A stretch of DNA of 63,254 nt from Cellvibrionaceae bacterium (GTDB taxonomy: Bacteria; Chloroflexota; Anaerolineae; Promineifilales; Promineifilaceae): positions 1 to 63,254 of the forward strand of contig JBLIMP010000001.1 in NCBI GenBank assembly GCA_047638855.1, given 5' to 3'. Made by a program: the position numbers and the translations under genes. Each line of letters starts with the position of its first letter. Position 1 is the stretch's first letter. Below are positions 26,597-35,640 of the stretch, piece after piece. A model generated the notes under the pieces. It did not search any database. It saw only the letters and a list, made by a program, of their open reading frames with translations, and was not told the DNA's origin.

Positions 26597-28525
26597 ATGG
26601 GATTTCATGGCGGCGGCTGGTTTTCATACATAGCCCACGATCCAAAAGACAAACTTGGTGTAAGCCGAGAGCTACTCATACGTGTATGGCATTTTGCCAA
26701 ACCGTACGTTGGCAAAATTAGCGTTCTGCTAATTACGATTCTACTTATTACCGGTCTCTCTCTGCTCAATCCGCTCATTTTTCGGGACCTCATTGACAAT
26801 GCTCTCGTCAATAAAGATCAGACCCGATTGAACTGGCTTGCCTTGGCCCTCGTTGCCATCCCGATCCTAAACGGGTTGATTGGGGTTGTTCAACGACGTG
26901 CTAGCTCTGAAGTAGGTGAAGGAATTATCTTCGATCTACGACGTGCCTTGTACGAACATATGCAGCGCCAGTCACTCCGCTTTTTTACTCAAACACGAAC
27001 GGGCGAACTGATGTCACGCATGAGCTCCGATGTCGTTGGGGCGCAAAGTGCAATTACCAGCACTTTTGTAACGATGATCAGCAACATTGTTGCCGTGACT
27101 GGGACCCTGTTTATTATGTTTTTCCTTCAATGGCAGCTGACATTATTAGCCCTTGCTGTTTTGCCGGGATTCATTGTGTTGGCCAGGCGGATCGGAAAAG
27201 TTGTTCGCAAATTACGCCGCCGTTCGATGGTGGCCAGTGCTGAGATGAGTTCGACGATGAATGAGACGCTAAACGTGAGTGGCGCCTTACTCGTCAAGAT
27301 TTTCGGCCGGGAAATGCGCGAGCGTGAACGTTTTAGCAGGCATGCCAGTGAAGTGCGCGATATCGGCATACAGTCGGCCGTTGTCACCCGCTGGTTTTTT
27401 ATGGGGATGGGGATCGCAACCGCGATAGGGACCGCATTGATTTACTGGGTTGGCGGATGGCTTGTCATCAATACTGAGACCTTCACCGTTGGGACCATAG
27501 TCGCGTTCGCAGGCTATTTGGGCCAGCTTTACGGCCCGCTTTCATCCCTCACAAATGCTCCAGTTGAATTTGCACGTAGCATGGTTAGCTTTGAACGGGT
27601 TTTTGAAGTGCTTGATCTGCCGATTGAAATTGACGAAAAGCCCGACGCTATTGAGTTACCTGCGGCCGCAGGTTTGATTCAATTCGAAAATGTCACCTTC
27701 TCATATGCGGCCGGTGAGCCAGGGCTTGAAGAAGTTGAGCGTTTCCGCTTTTTTGGTGGTCCTGGAAACGTCAAACGGGGCAAAGCCAAAGATGGAGAAG
27801 AGCTCGAAGTTGAGCGCAAGGAATCTGCGCCCGCTCTCACTGACCTAAATGTTGAAATTCAACCGGGGCAACTCGTTGCCTTAGTTGGCCCAAGTGGTGC
27901 CGGAAAAACCACCTTCACCTATATGATCCCCCGTCTTTACGACCCGACCGAAGGGGTTGTGCGCATCGACGGTCATGATATTCGAGATGTCACTCTCACT
28001 TCGTTGGCCAACAACATCGGCATGGTTACCCAGGAGACCTATCTGTTTTACGAAACGGTCAGGGCCAACTTGCTTTACGCCAATCCCGATGCCACAAATG
28101 ATGAAATGGTCGCGGCCGCCAAAGCGGCAAATATTCATGACTTCATCGCGGGGTTAACCGATGGCTATGACACCGTCGTGGGTGAACGTGGTTACCGACT
28201 CAGTGGGGGGGAACGCCAGCGTATCGCCATCGCCCGAGTGATCCTCAAGAATCCGCGCATCTTGGTTCTTGACGAAGCCACATCCAGCCTTGACTCACTT
28301 TCTGAGGCGTTAATTCAAGAGGCGCTTGAACGAGTCATGGCAGGGCGGACAAGCATCGTTATCGCTCACAGGTTATCGACTATTCTGGCCGCTGACCTAA
28401 TTTTGGTGGTAGACGCAGGCCAGATTGTTGAGCAAGGTACGCACGCTTCATTGCTGTCACAAGATGGGTTGTACGCAAATCTATACCATACACAATTTGT
28501 CTCAGGACATGAGTTGAGTAATTAG
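26597..28525 (+). CDS. ABC exporter, fused permease/ATPase (MsbA/MdlB-like)
   Basis: N-terminal 6-TM domain, Walker A GPSGAGKTT, signature LSGGERQR and Walker B ILVLDEATS. Confidence 0.9.
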   Translation: MGFHGGGWFSYIAHDPKDKLGVSRELLIRVWHFAKPYVGKISVLLITILLITGLSLLNPLIFRDLIDNALVNKDQTRLNWLALALVAIPILNGLIGVVQRRASSEVGEGIIFDLRRALYEHMQRQSLRFFTQTRTGELMSRMSSDVVGAQSAITSTFVTMISNIVAVTGTLFIMFFLQWQLTLLALAVLPGFIVLARRIGKVVRKLRRRSMVASAEMSSTMNETLNVSGALLVKIFGREMRERERFSRHASEVRDIGIQSAVVTRWFFMGMGIATAIGTALIYWVGGWLVINTETFTVGTIVAFAGYLGQLYGPLSSLTNAPVEFARSMVSFERVFEVLDLPIEIDEKPDAIELPAAAGLIQFENVTFSYAAGEPGLEEVERFRFFGGPGNVKRGKAKDGEELEVERKESAPALTDLNVEIQPGQLVALVGPSGAGKTTFTYMIPRLYDPTEGVVRIDGHDIRDVTLTSLANNIGMVTQETYLFYETVRANLLYANPDATNDEMVAAAKAANIHDFIAGLTDGYDTVVGERGYRLSGGERQRIAIARVILKNPRILVLDEATSSLDSLSEALIQEALERVMAGRTSIVIAHRLSTILAADLILVVDAGQIVEQGTHASLLSQDGLYANLYHTQFVSGHELSN

Positions 28526-28771
28526 TTTGCCCAACTCATCAATTATGGGTGACATCCTTCTCGCTCAGCAAAGTACTTTGCACCCACACGAGATAAAACG
28601 GGCTCTTCGGGAATTCAAAGGGTTGAAACCACATGTAGGCCGGAGGCATTCATATACCGGTTCCCCCCTAAGATCCCAAAGAGCCATAAAACGCTGGGCA
28701 GTTTTCTAACTGGTCGGTAAGTAATTTGTGCATCAGTCTCTATTCAGACTAGAATCTCAAGCACTCAATAA

Positions 28772-28796
28772 AATGAAGCGTATTCTGCGCTTCATT
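28772..28796 (+). terminator. candidate hairpin between the ABC exporter and DsbA genes
   Basis: AATGAAGCG-TATTCTG-CGCTTCATT (9-bp stem). No U-tract. Confidence 0.2.
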
Positions 28797-28830
28797 ACTT
28801 ATCAACTTTCACTCATTACTTGAGGCAAAT

Positions 28831-29568
28831 ATGACAAAAATGAAACCACGCCGTAGACCATCATCTCGGCAAGAATCCCCCTTAACTAGTGGTCCAAACT
28901 GGGTAATAATCGGATCGATTATCGGTATCTCTACAATCGCTTTAATCGCATTGGCCGTTATTAGTTCACTTAACCCCACAGTAGCCGCTGCACCAACCCC
29001 GGTTTTAGGCGAAACGGTTACAAACGCCACGCTCTATTGCGAAACCAATCCAGAGCGTTGTGTTACTGTCGGCAATCCCGACGCAGAAGTAACTATGATC
29101 GAAGTGGTTGATTATGGCTGTCCGCATTGTGCCGCTTTTAATCGTGAAAAATCACCTACACTGCAAGCAAACTATGTAGAAACAGATCAGGTTCGCTGGA
29201 TGGTAATGCCCTACGCGTTAGGTGCTTTAACCATGCCGTCAGCCGCAGCTGTGATGTGTGTCAATGAGCAAAGTCCCGAACTTGCACTGGCATTCCACGA
29301 ACGGCTCTTTTCACTGCAACAATCAGGCAGCGAGCATACGCTCGGTGGCTTCTTGAGTGCGGGTAATTTTGTGGATGGCCTTGATACAGATGCACTTGAA
29401 TCTTGCGTAGATGACGGCCGACATATGGAAAATGTCAGCTTTAATCAGCAAGCGGCACGTGCTTTAGGTGTTTCATCTACACCCGCCTTTTTCTTAAATG
29501 ACCGCATTATCACCGGTAACCAAGATTTGGCCGTTTTCACTGAGCGCCTTGATGCTGAATTAAATTAA
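28831..29568 (+). CDS. DsbA-family thiol:disulfide oxidoreductase, membrane anchored
   Basis: Single N-terminal TM helix and the CPHC active site (DYGCPHCAAF). Confidence 0.8.
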   Translation: MTKMKPRRRPSSRQESPLTSGPNWVIIGSIIGISTIALIALAVISSLNPTVAAAPTPVLGETVTNATLYCETNPERCVTVGNPDAEVTMIEVVDYGCPHCAAFNREKSPTLQANYVETDQVRWMVMPYALGALTMPSAAAVMCVNEQSPELALAFHERLFSLQQSGSEHTLGGFLSAGNFVDGLDTDALESCVDDGRHMENVSFNQQAARALGVSSTPAFFLNDRIITGNQDLAVFTERLDAELN

Positions 29569-29585
29569 GCAGGTTGCAAGATGCT

Positions 29586-29681
29586 GGATGCAAACGTTTA
29601 TAAAAACTTTGAGGTCAAGATAGTATTTATTACTCCAAGATGGTAAATACAAACACCTTAAAGACTTTAACGTTTGCATCC
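29586..29681. repeat. long imperfect palindrome filling the DsbA-GNAT spacer
   Basis: Perfect 13-bp arms GGATGCAAACGTT (29586-29598) and AACGTTTGCATCC (29669-29681), with further imperfect pairing inside. Confidence 0.75.
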
Positions 29682-29711
29682 TGTTCGCTTGCATCTTGTG
29701 TCTCTTAACTT

Positions 29712-30203
29712 ATGAATATTTCAATCTACGAAGCAGATGAAACCAATGCACCACGGGCCTATGAACTTATGCGGATGGCGTTTGAACGGCAACGGCGCTT
29801 TATTGAGCCTGAGCCTGGAGTTTTTCGTAACGACTCAATTGGTTCGATGTCGGCCGCTGTTGCGCGCAAAGAAAAACGACTTGTGGTTGCTTTGCATCGC
29901 AAAAGGCTATTGGGGTGCATTTTATGTAGCCCAAATGAAGAAAACGACGAAGATTATCATTTCGGCCGACTTGCCGTCAATCCTCGTTACCAAGGGAATG
30001 GTATTGGCAACATGCTGCTTGACGACGTTGAGTCTTGGGCTAAATCAAAGGGTTACAAGCGAGTCACCTGCAATGTGCGAAAAGCATTGGGTCAGAACGT
30101 GGCCATGTTTGAAAGTAGAGGATATGTAATTTACGGCGAAGGAACTCATGAAGGTTTTGATGAACCAACTTTTGTAAAAATGGGAAAAGTCATCAATGAG
30201 TAA
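29712..30203 (+). CDS. GNAT-family N-acetyltransferase
   Basis: RLAVNPRYQGNGIGNMLL acetyl-CoA-binding motif A; 163 aa. Confidence 0.8.
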   Translation: MNISIYEADETNAPRAYELMRMAFERQRRFIEPEPGVFRNDSIGSMSAAVARKEKRLVVALHRKRLLGCILCSPNEENDEDYHFGRLAVNPRYQGNGIGNMLLDDVESWAKSKGYKRVTCNVRKALGQNVAMFESRGYVIYGEGTHEGFDEPTFVKMGKVINE

Positions 30204-30226
30204 TTAGTTGGTTTAAAAATAGAACT

Positions 30227-31057
30227 ATGGTGCAAGCAGAAATAATCCTTGAGCAAATTAAATTAGTTGTTAAAAAGAAGCGTATTCGTATCCCGGGGCT
30301 ACAACTGGCAGATCAAGGGATTCTCCATGCGCTTAGGTTTGGTGGGCTTTCGTCTGATACGTTGAGCCGTTTTCAAATTTTGCTCGAAGCGTACGATTCT
30401 GGACAGCAGATTTATGGTAGTCATTTTCACAATGTGCTCCTTATACGTCTGGTTGAAAGCTTTTTGTTATTCGGCCGGTCATTGACCCAACCCCAATTAG
30501 AGAAGACTGCACTCGATCTGCTTGCTCGCAATACGAACCAAGAGATTTTTATGCGTAATTTAGCAGCGGCAGAAGAGCCGCTCGCTATGTTCCTAGGAGT
30601 CATTAAGCCTGAGGCGATGGCCTCGTTTTTTGAATGGAAAACAAAAACAGGCAAAAACCGGCCGATTGTTTTGCCAGAGCAAGTTGTGCAAGGGCGATTT
30701 ATGCCGCTTACCCATATCACCTGGACTGTTGAGAATAGAATGTATCTGGTCACCAAGCGTGAAAACAAGCTCATGGGGCTTCAAATGACCTTTTCCCCTC
30801 TAAAGCCAACAGGAAACGTTCCCCGTATGGGATTGTGCGACTTTTGCCACGGTCAGTATAAGTTGCATGAAACCGCTTCAATCACCGCACGAGTTCCTCT
30901 CTCAAAGCTTCCACCGTACCACCATTACAAGTCAGTCGGCCGCTACATTTGCATTGATCATGTTGACTGTAATCGCAAGCTCTACCGCAATGGTAAATAT
31001 GACCGAGTGGCTCAATTTATCGAGTCAGTCAATCAGAATACCCCCCTCATTCTGTAA
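30227..31057 (+). CDS. FusB/FusC-like EF-G-binding protein (FBP family), tentative
   Basis: The C-terminal GLCDFCHG...VGRYICIDHVDCNRKL matches the treble-clef zinc-finger pattern of S. aureus FusB (GFCTICN...GDYICRDSIHCNKQL), recalled from memory. Confidence 0.5.
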   Translation: MVQAEIILEQIKLVVKKKRIRIPGLQLADQGILHALRFGGLSSDTLSRFQILLEAYDSGQQIYGSHFHNVLLIRLVESFLLFGRSLTQPQLEKTALDLLARNTNQEIFMRNLAAAEEPLAMFLGVIKPEAMASFFEWKTKTGKNRPIVLPEQVVQGRFMPLTHITWTVENRMYLVTKRENKLMGLQMTFSPLKPTGNVPRMGLCDFCHGQYKLHETASITARVPLSKLPPYHHYKSVGRYICIDHVDCNRKLYRNGKYDRVAQFIESVNQNTPLIL

Positions 31058-31058
31058 T

Positions 31059-31934
31059 TTAAAAGGGAATATCGTCGATAGATTTTGTGGCTGGGGCTGG
31101 CTCTTTTGGCTTGGGCAAAAAGTTCTCGTTTGTCACAACCTTACTCCCCGTCTCGCCTTCAATCTGCTTCCGTGCACTGCCTGCCACTCGGCCGCCCCGC
31201 TTCGCCACCGACTTGTTTTGCTCAAACCCTTGTGCATCATCAACCCGCACAATCTCAGTCGTTGCTACTTCCCCCAACATCGTCAAAACCAATTCCACCT
31301 GACTCATATGATCACGCAATGACTGGCTCTTTAACCCTTTCAGTTCTTTATGCTGCCGGGTTGTGACGCCAAATGCCTCTCGTGAAATAATCGATGTGAG
31401 AATGGCATAATCACGGCCGATCTTGACCCCCCGGCCAGACCATTCGTCGGTCAACTCCTCACGCACAATAATCGACTTTAGCCGCACATCAACCCAATCT
31501 TCAGGATAACCTTTATCACGATAGATCTGTCTCGCCCGGTCAATCGCTTTTGCGGGGTCTTGAACTTCTTCGATCCTCTGCTTCGCCAATTTCGCCAACC
31601 ACAGTTTAAACTGCTCCACAGCCTCATGTTCGCTTGACAGTGATTGAACGATGCGGCTCATTCCTTCGGCCGTGGCGCAATCTTCGATACGATTTTTACC
31701 ATTGCCATTGTCTCTGCTAGGTAGCCTAAATCCGCGTGTCACAGCCCCCGCTTTAGGGTCAAGGCGTTTTAACCGACGCCAATCTTCTTTTGCATCTTGG
31801 CTCGCATCTTGGCTCGCATCTTGTTTTTCTGTCAGTAAGGCAAGCACATCAACCACTGAGAAATACCATTGCTTTGTCTCTTCATCGAAAATACGACGAA
31901 GACCGTTTGGATCAATATTTTCTAATTTTTTCAT
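31059..31934 (-). CDS. Bro-N/DinD-like (DNA-damage-inducible protein D family) protein
   Basis: The N-terminal RRIFDEETKQWYFSVVDVLALL is a Bro-N-like pattern. The C-terminal KSVAKRGGRVAGSARKQIEGETGSKVVTNENFL is typical of DinD-like proteins. It contains an internal QDAS tandem repeat. Confidence 0.55.
   Translation of the reverse strand: MKKLENIDPNGLRRIFDEETKQWYFSVVDVLALLTEKQDASQDASQDAKEDWRRLKRLDPKAGAVTRGFRLPSRDNGNGKNRIEDCATAEGMSRIVQSLSSEHEAVEQFKLWLAKLAKQRIEEVQDPAKAIDRARQIYRDKGYPEDWVDVRLKSIIVREELTDEWSGRGVKIGRDYAILTSIISREAFGVTTRQHKELKGLKSQSLRDHMSQVELVLTMLGEVATTEIVRVDDAQGFEQNKSVAKRGGRVAGSARKQIEGETGSKVVTNENFLPKPKEPAPATKSIDDIPF
31792..31823 (-). repeat. 12-nt in-frame tandem repeat (2.7 copies) inside the Bro-N/DinD-like gene
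   Basis: GCATCTTGGCTC x2 plus GCATCTTG on the plus strand, encoding QDASQDASQDA. Confidence 0.9.
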
Positions 31935-32341
31935 GTGTATCTATTCATCGCTATCAAATGCAAATGCGATTCAATGTGGCTATCGCTTATCTTTTCCTAG
32001 AGTGACTAACACAGACAGTTTAGGGAACATGTGTTCTTGCGTCAAGGTTTTGATAACATCTTGTATTTCTGCAAAAGTTAAAATGATGCGGCAGATAGAG
32101 CGGTTTTAACTGCATGTATGCCCCGATTAAAGCAGAGTGCAATCTTCCAGATATCCTGCCAAATTAGCACTGTTACTCGAAAACAAAGACGAACCCTTCT
32201 GGAGATTCCTTATAGGTATGGCAGCTCTGCCTAATTTAGTTGCAGTTGAAATTGAGTTGATTGAGTTGATTGTAGAAGTCCACGCTCCATAGAAACTTTG
32301 CTGAGTACAAAAGGGAGGGTTCTGTTGCAACGATTTTCTTT

Positions 32342-32465
32342 AGGCTATTTCCGAGAATAAAACATGCAATTGCATCAACAAAATCGCCTCACCTCGTCAA
32401 CTTGATTGACACAGCCAATTCCCCTGAGCTAGTTTGCTAGATAATTATTTTTCGGGGTTGGCCTT
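32342..32465 (-). repeat. copy A of the same repeat, inverted relative to copy B
   Basis: The reverse complement of copy B matches in perfect 46-nt and 37-nt blocks. Copy A has about 20 extra nt between the two hairpin modules and small changes that weaken both stems. Confidence 0.85.
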
Positions 32466-32523
32466 AGACTCGATAAATCCTAATGCACTACCTGTTTTTC
32501 CCATCACAACCGTTCATTTACGA

Positions 32524-33483
32524 TCAACCCCAATTTCCTGGATTTAACAGCTTCGCATGGTCCCAGCGTAACCGGTCGAACTGCCGAATCAGTTCGGCCG
32601 GAAATGGCTCCTTCTCAGCAATCCCTAGCGAAGTTTCCAACTCATCTTCAGTGCGAACGCCCACTAGCGTTGTAGTCACAAGGGGATTTGATAAAACAAA
32701 ACGCAAGGCGGTTTCAATTTGATTCAGCGAAGGGGTTAAACTTTTTCCAAACTGTTTGACCGCATCTGCCTGCGCTTTAAGTTCCGCCAGATGAGGGGGT
32801 AAATCGGCTGATCGTGGCGTAAGTGCCCCTTTCAAAAAGACAGAACGAACAACAATCCCCACACCTTTTTCGGCCGCCAACGGAAAAACCACATCTGCCA
32901 AGCGTTGATCCAACACATTGTAGGCAATTTGCAAAGCATCAATGCCTGACTCAATCGCCCGCACCGGATCTTCAGTGCCATAAGTTGACGCCCCAATGGC
33001 TCGGATGTGGCCCTGCTGCCGGAACTCTTTGAGAATGCCTACCGCTTCGCTGTAATCATCAGGTGTGCTGTGCAACATCATCAGGTCGATGTGATCAGTG
33101 TGCAACAGGCGCAAACTCGCTTCAAGCGACGTTTGCATATGCTGACGCAAAACAGCCCCTTTTAACTCATTGCCATCCCCATCGTGAATCCCCATCTTGC
33201 TGGCTAACACCACCTTGTCCCGATAGCCTTGCAACGCGTGCCCCAGTACTTCTTCGCTCCGGCCGTACCCTCGAGCTGTATCGATAAACGTGATACCACC
33301 GTCAATCGCCTTGTGGATTAGCTGGGTCGCTTCACTTAACGTGGGTGGGTTCATCCCATCGCTTGAGTTTTGTGCCTGCCCAGCTTGAGGCGTGATGCCA
33401 TAGGCCATTCCCAAAGCAACTGTTCCCAAGCCCAGCACAGAAATTTTCAGATCGGTTTTACCAAGTTGATTCGTGCGGATCAT
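32524..33483 (-). CDS. aldo/keto reductase
   Basis: LGLGT...GITFIDTARGYG AKR N-terminal motifs; 319 aa. Confidence 0.85.
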   Translation of the reverse strand: MIRTNQLGKTDLKISVLGLGTVALGMAYGITPQAGQAQNSSDGMNPPTLSEATQLIHKAIDGGITFIDTARGYGRSEEVLGHALQGYRDKVVLASKMGIHDGDGNELKGAVLRQHMQTSLEASLRLLHTDHIDLMMLHSTPDDYSEAVGILKEFRQQGHIRAIGASTYGTEDPVRAIESGIDALQIAYNVLDQRLADVVFPLAAEKGVGIVVRSVFLKGALTPRSADLPPHLAELKAQADAVKQFGKSLTPSLNQIETALRFVLSNPLVTTTLVGVRTEDELETSLGIAEKEPFPAELIRQFDRLRWDHAKLLNPGNWG

Positions 33484-33497
33484 GATCGTCTCCTGAT

Positions 33498-34406
33498 CTA
33501 AAACGGAATGTCTATCAGTTTGCTAAATTCAGCCTCTTCAAGCTGTTGCCAAAGCTGATCCGTTTCGGCCGTGGTTAAGGGGCGCAACGGCCGCCGAGGC
33601 ACCCCGCAATCAAAGCCCAAGCGGCCTAAAATCGCTTTAACCGTTGATAGCGACGGGGCCGAAGTAAATGCTTTAATCACCCGGTTCGCCTGATACTGTT
33701 TGGTTTGAGCCGCCACTAAATCCCCTTCACGGTAACAGCGGTACAAGTCAGCAAATAAGCCTGGCAAAATGTTGTACGTCGTTCCAATCGCTCCGTCAGA
33801 CCCCATCACAAGCGCGGGCAAACACATCTCATCTGGACCCGAAAGCACCGTGACCGGCCGCCCCGCATCAATCTCGATCATTTTGCGCATTGTGAAAAAA
33901 TCATACGATGTGTATTTGATGCCTGTCACCTGTGGAATCTTCAGGAGTTCTGTAAACATGTCTGCGGTCACAGTCACCCCTGTTGCGCCTGGAATGTTGT
34001 ATAGCCACAGCGGCAGATCGGGTGCGGCGTCAGCGATCTGTTGATAATGGGCACGTAGCGCAGGTAGGTCTACCTTAAAGTAGATGGGGGGAATCGCAGA
34101 AATGGCCGTGGCTCCGGCCGCCTGCGCATGGGCCGCAAGATCAGCCGCCGTGTGCGTAGCAACCGCACCCACATGGGCGATCACATGCCCGGCATCGCCT
34201 GTTTCATCGATCACCGTCTCCAACGCCTGCTTGCGCTCATCCGAATCGAGCAACAGCCCTTCACCTGTGCCACCGTTGACAAAAAAGCCGGTTAAGCCTG
34301 CATCAAGCTGGTAGCGCACCAAGCGCCGGATCATCTCATGGTTAATGTTGCCTGCGGAATCAAACGGGGTAATCAGGGCAGATAATATGCCATTTATCGG
34401 TTTCAT
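33498..34406 (-). CDS. dihydrodipicolinate synthase/N-acetylneuraminate lyase family (class I aldolase) protein
   Basis: ITPF, GGTGEG and GIKYTS (Schiff-base Lys) motifs. I chose the start at MKPINGI (34406), which has AAGGAG 6 nt upstream; the tracked start at 34454 overlaps the upstream gene. Confidence 0.8.
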   Translation of the reverse strand: MKPINGILSALITPFDSAGNINHEMIRRLVRYQLDAGLTGFFVNGGTGEGLLLDSDERKQALETVIDETGDAGHVIAHVGAVATHTAADLAAHAQAAGATAISAIPPIYFKVDLPALRAHYQQIADAAPDLPLWLYNIPGATGVTVTADMFTELLKIPQVTGIKYTSYDFFTMRKMIEIDAGRPVTVLSGPDEMCLPALVMGSDGAIGTTYNILPGLFADLYRCYREGDLVAAQTKQYQANRVIKAFTSAPSLSTVKAILGRLGFDCGVPRRPLRPLTTAETDQLWQQLEEAEFSKLIDIPF

Positions 34407-34431
34407 CAGTTCTCCTTTATTTGTTGTCATT

Positions 34432-35640
34432 TTAATGTCGGCGTGACACACCATCTTTCTTTTTCGGGTGTGCTTGTTTCAAAAAATTTCTCGTACTATC
34501 TAGGCCAAACCGCTTCGGTGAAAAAGCACTAATATCGATTTGAGTCTCCCCATCAGCCGCTAGTTCGGCTAACAGCACACCGGCGGCTGGATTATAAGCA
34601 AAGCCCCCCGAGTGGAAAGCCCCACCGATAAACAGATTCTTGACGTGAGGTGCTTCACCCACAATCGGCTCTTCATCCATCGAAAAAGAAAGCAGGCCAA
34701 CCTGTTCGCTTGCCCACTTTGTCTCTTTCAAACGGGGTGTTAACTGACAGATGGCTTTGTAAAGCACCCGCTCTAACCCTTCAGGAGCCTTTAACCCATC
34801 CATCCGAAAGTTGAGAGATGGAACATTGAACGTAATCCGCTCCGGTGTTTCACCCCCAACCAATAATCGATTCCCATGTGCGGGGCGAATATACCCTTCG
34901 TATGGGTTGGCATTCACGGCCGGAATATTAACAGGGGCCGTCAGCGGGGCAGTAAGATAGCGTTGGTGAACCACCGCTTGCATCGGCAGTTCCCAATCAA
35001 GCGAAGCCAGCAGTTGTAACGCCCACGTATGCACCGTGCAAATCACAACATCCGCCTCAATTAACCCATTTTGGGTTTTCACTCCACGCACTTGCCCGCT
35101 TTCAGACACAATTTGTTCAACCATTTCCCCTTCTCGAATTTCCACACCCAAAGCTTGGCAACCTTGGGTTAAGGCGGGTAGATAATGTTCCGGTTCGCTG
35201 TACCCGCCCAATGGGTCATACAAACCGGTGATATCTTCAAGGGGTGTTAATTCAGGCCAGCGATAGTTGATTTCGGCCGCATCGAGCAGTTCATATGGAG
35301 CCTGAAACTCATCGTAGAGACCCAGTAAAGGTTGACGGTCAGCCCATGAAGCGGGGTCGAAAAGGTTGAGGCAGCCGACATTTTGGTAAGTGTAACCATA
35401 ATCATTCAGCTCTTCCGATAATTCGCTGTAGCGCGACAGGCTGATCTTCCGAGCCGCAACCCCCGTTTCCGTCCATAACAAACCGGTCACAATCCCTCCG
35501 GCTCGACTACTCGATCCATCACCAATTTTCTCTTTTTCGAGCAAGATAATTCGGCCGAACCCCTTTTGTGCCAAATGGTAAGCGGTACTTAAACCGATTA
35601 CCCCTCCACCGATAATAATCGCTGTACTAGCTGCTTTCAT
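34432..35640 (-). CDS. FAD-dependent oxidoreductase, DAO family (D-amino-acid/sarcosine oxidase-like)
   Basis: N-terminal IIIGGGVIGLSTAYHLA Rossmann motif; 402 aa. Confidence 0.85.
   Translation of the reverse strand: MKAASTAIIIGGGVIGLSTAYHLAQKGFGRIILLEKEKIGDGSSSRAGGIVTGLLWTETGVAARKISLSRYSELSEELNDYGYTYQNVGCLNLFDPASWADRQPLLGLYDEFQAPYELLDAAEINYRWPELTPLEDITGLYDPLGGYSEPEHYLPALTQGCQALGVEIREGEMVEQIVSESGQVRGVKTQNGLIEADVVICTVHTWALQLLASLDWELPMQAVVHQRYLTAPLTAPVNIPAVNANPYEGYIRPAHGNRLLVGGETPERITFNVPSLNFRMDGLKAPEGLERVLYKAICQLTPRLKETKWASEQVGLLSFSMDEEPIVGEAPHVKNLFIGGAFHSGGFAYNPAAGVLLAELAADGETQIDISAFSPKRFGLDSTRNFLKQAHPKKKDGVSRRH

Noticed and set aside
28527-28709. 60-aa ORF in the 305-nt ABC exporter-DsbA spacer as a small protein gene.
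   Set aside because: It has no ribosome-binding site that I could see, a basic low-complexity translation and no motif. The spacer may hold a regulatory RNA or promoter, but I cannot support a specific call.
32268-32325. RNase P RNA-like motif: GAAGTCCACGCTCCATAGAAAC resembles the universally conserved GGAAAGUCCGGGCUCCAUAGGG (P4 5' strand) of bacterial rnpB.
   Set aside because: The critical AGUCCGGGC is changed to AGTCCACGC. The 3' P4 partner (ACAGAACCCGGCUUA) is not present downstream on the same strand; only GGGTTCTGT, the reverse complement of its first 9 nt (ACAGAACCC), occurs nearby on this strand, i.e. in antisense orientation. A 350-400-nt RNA would run into the repeat element and the AKR gene. 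I judge this a chance resemblance. A covariance-model scan (Rfam RF00010/RF00011) would settle it.
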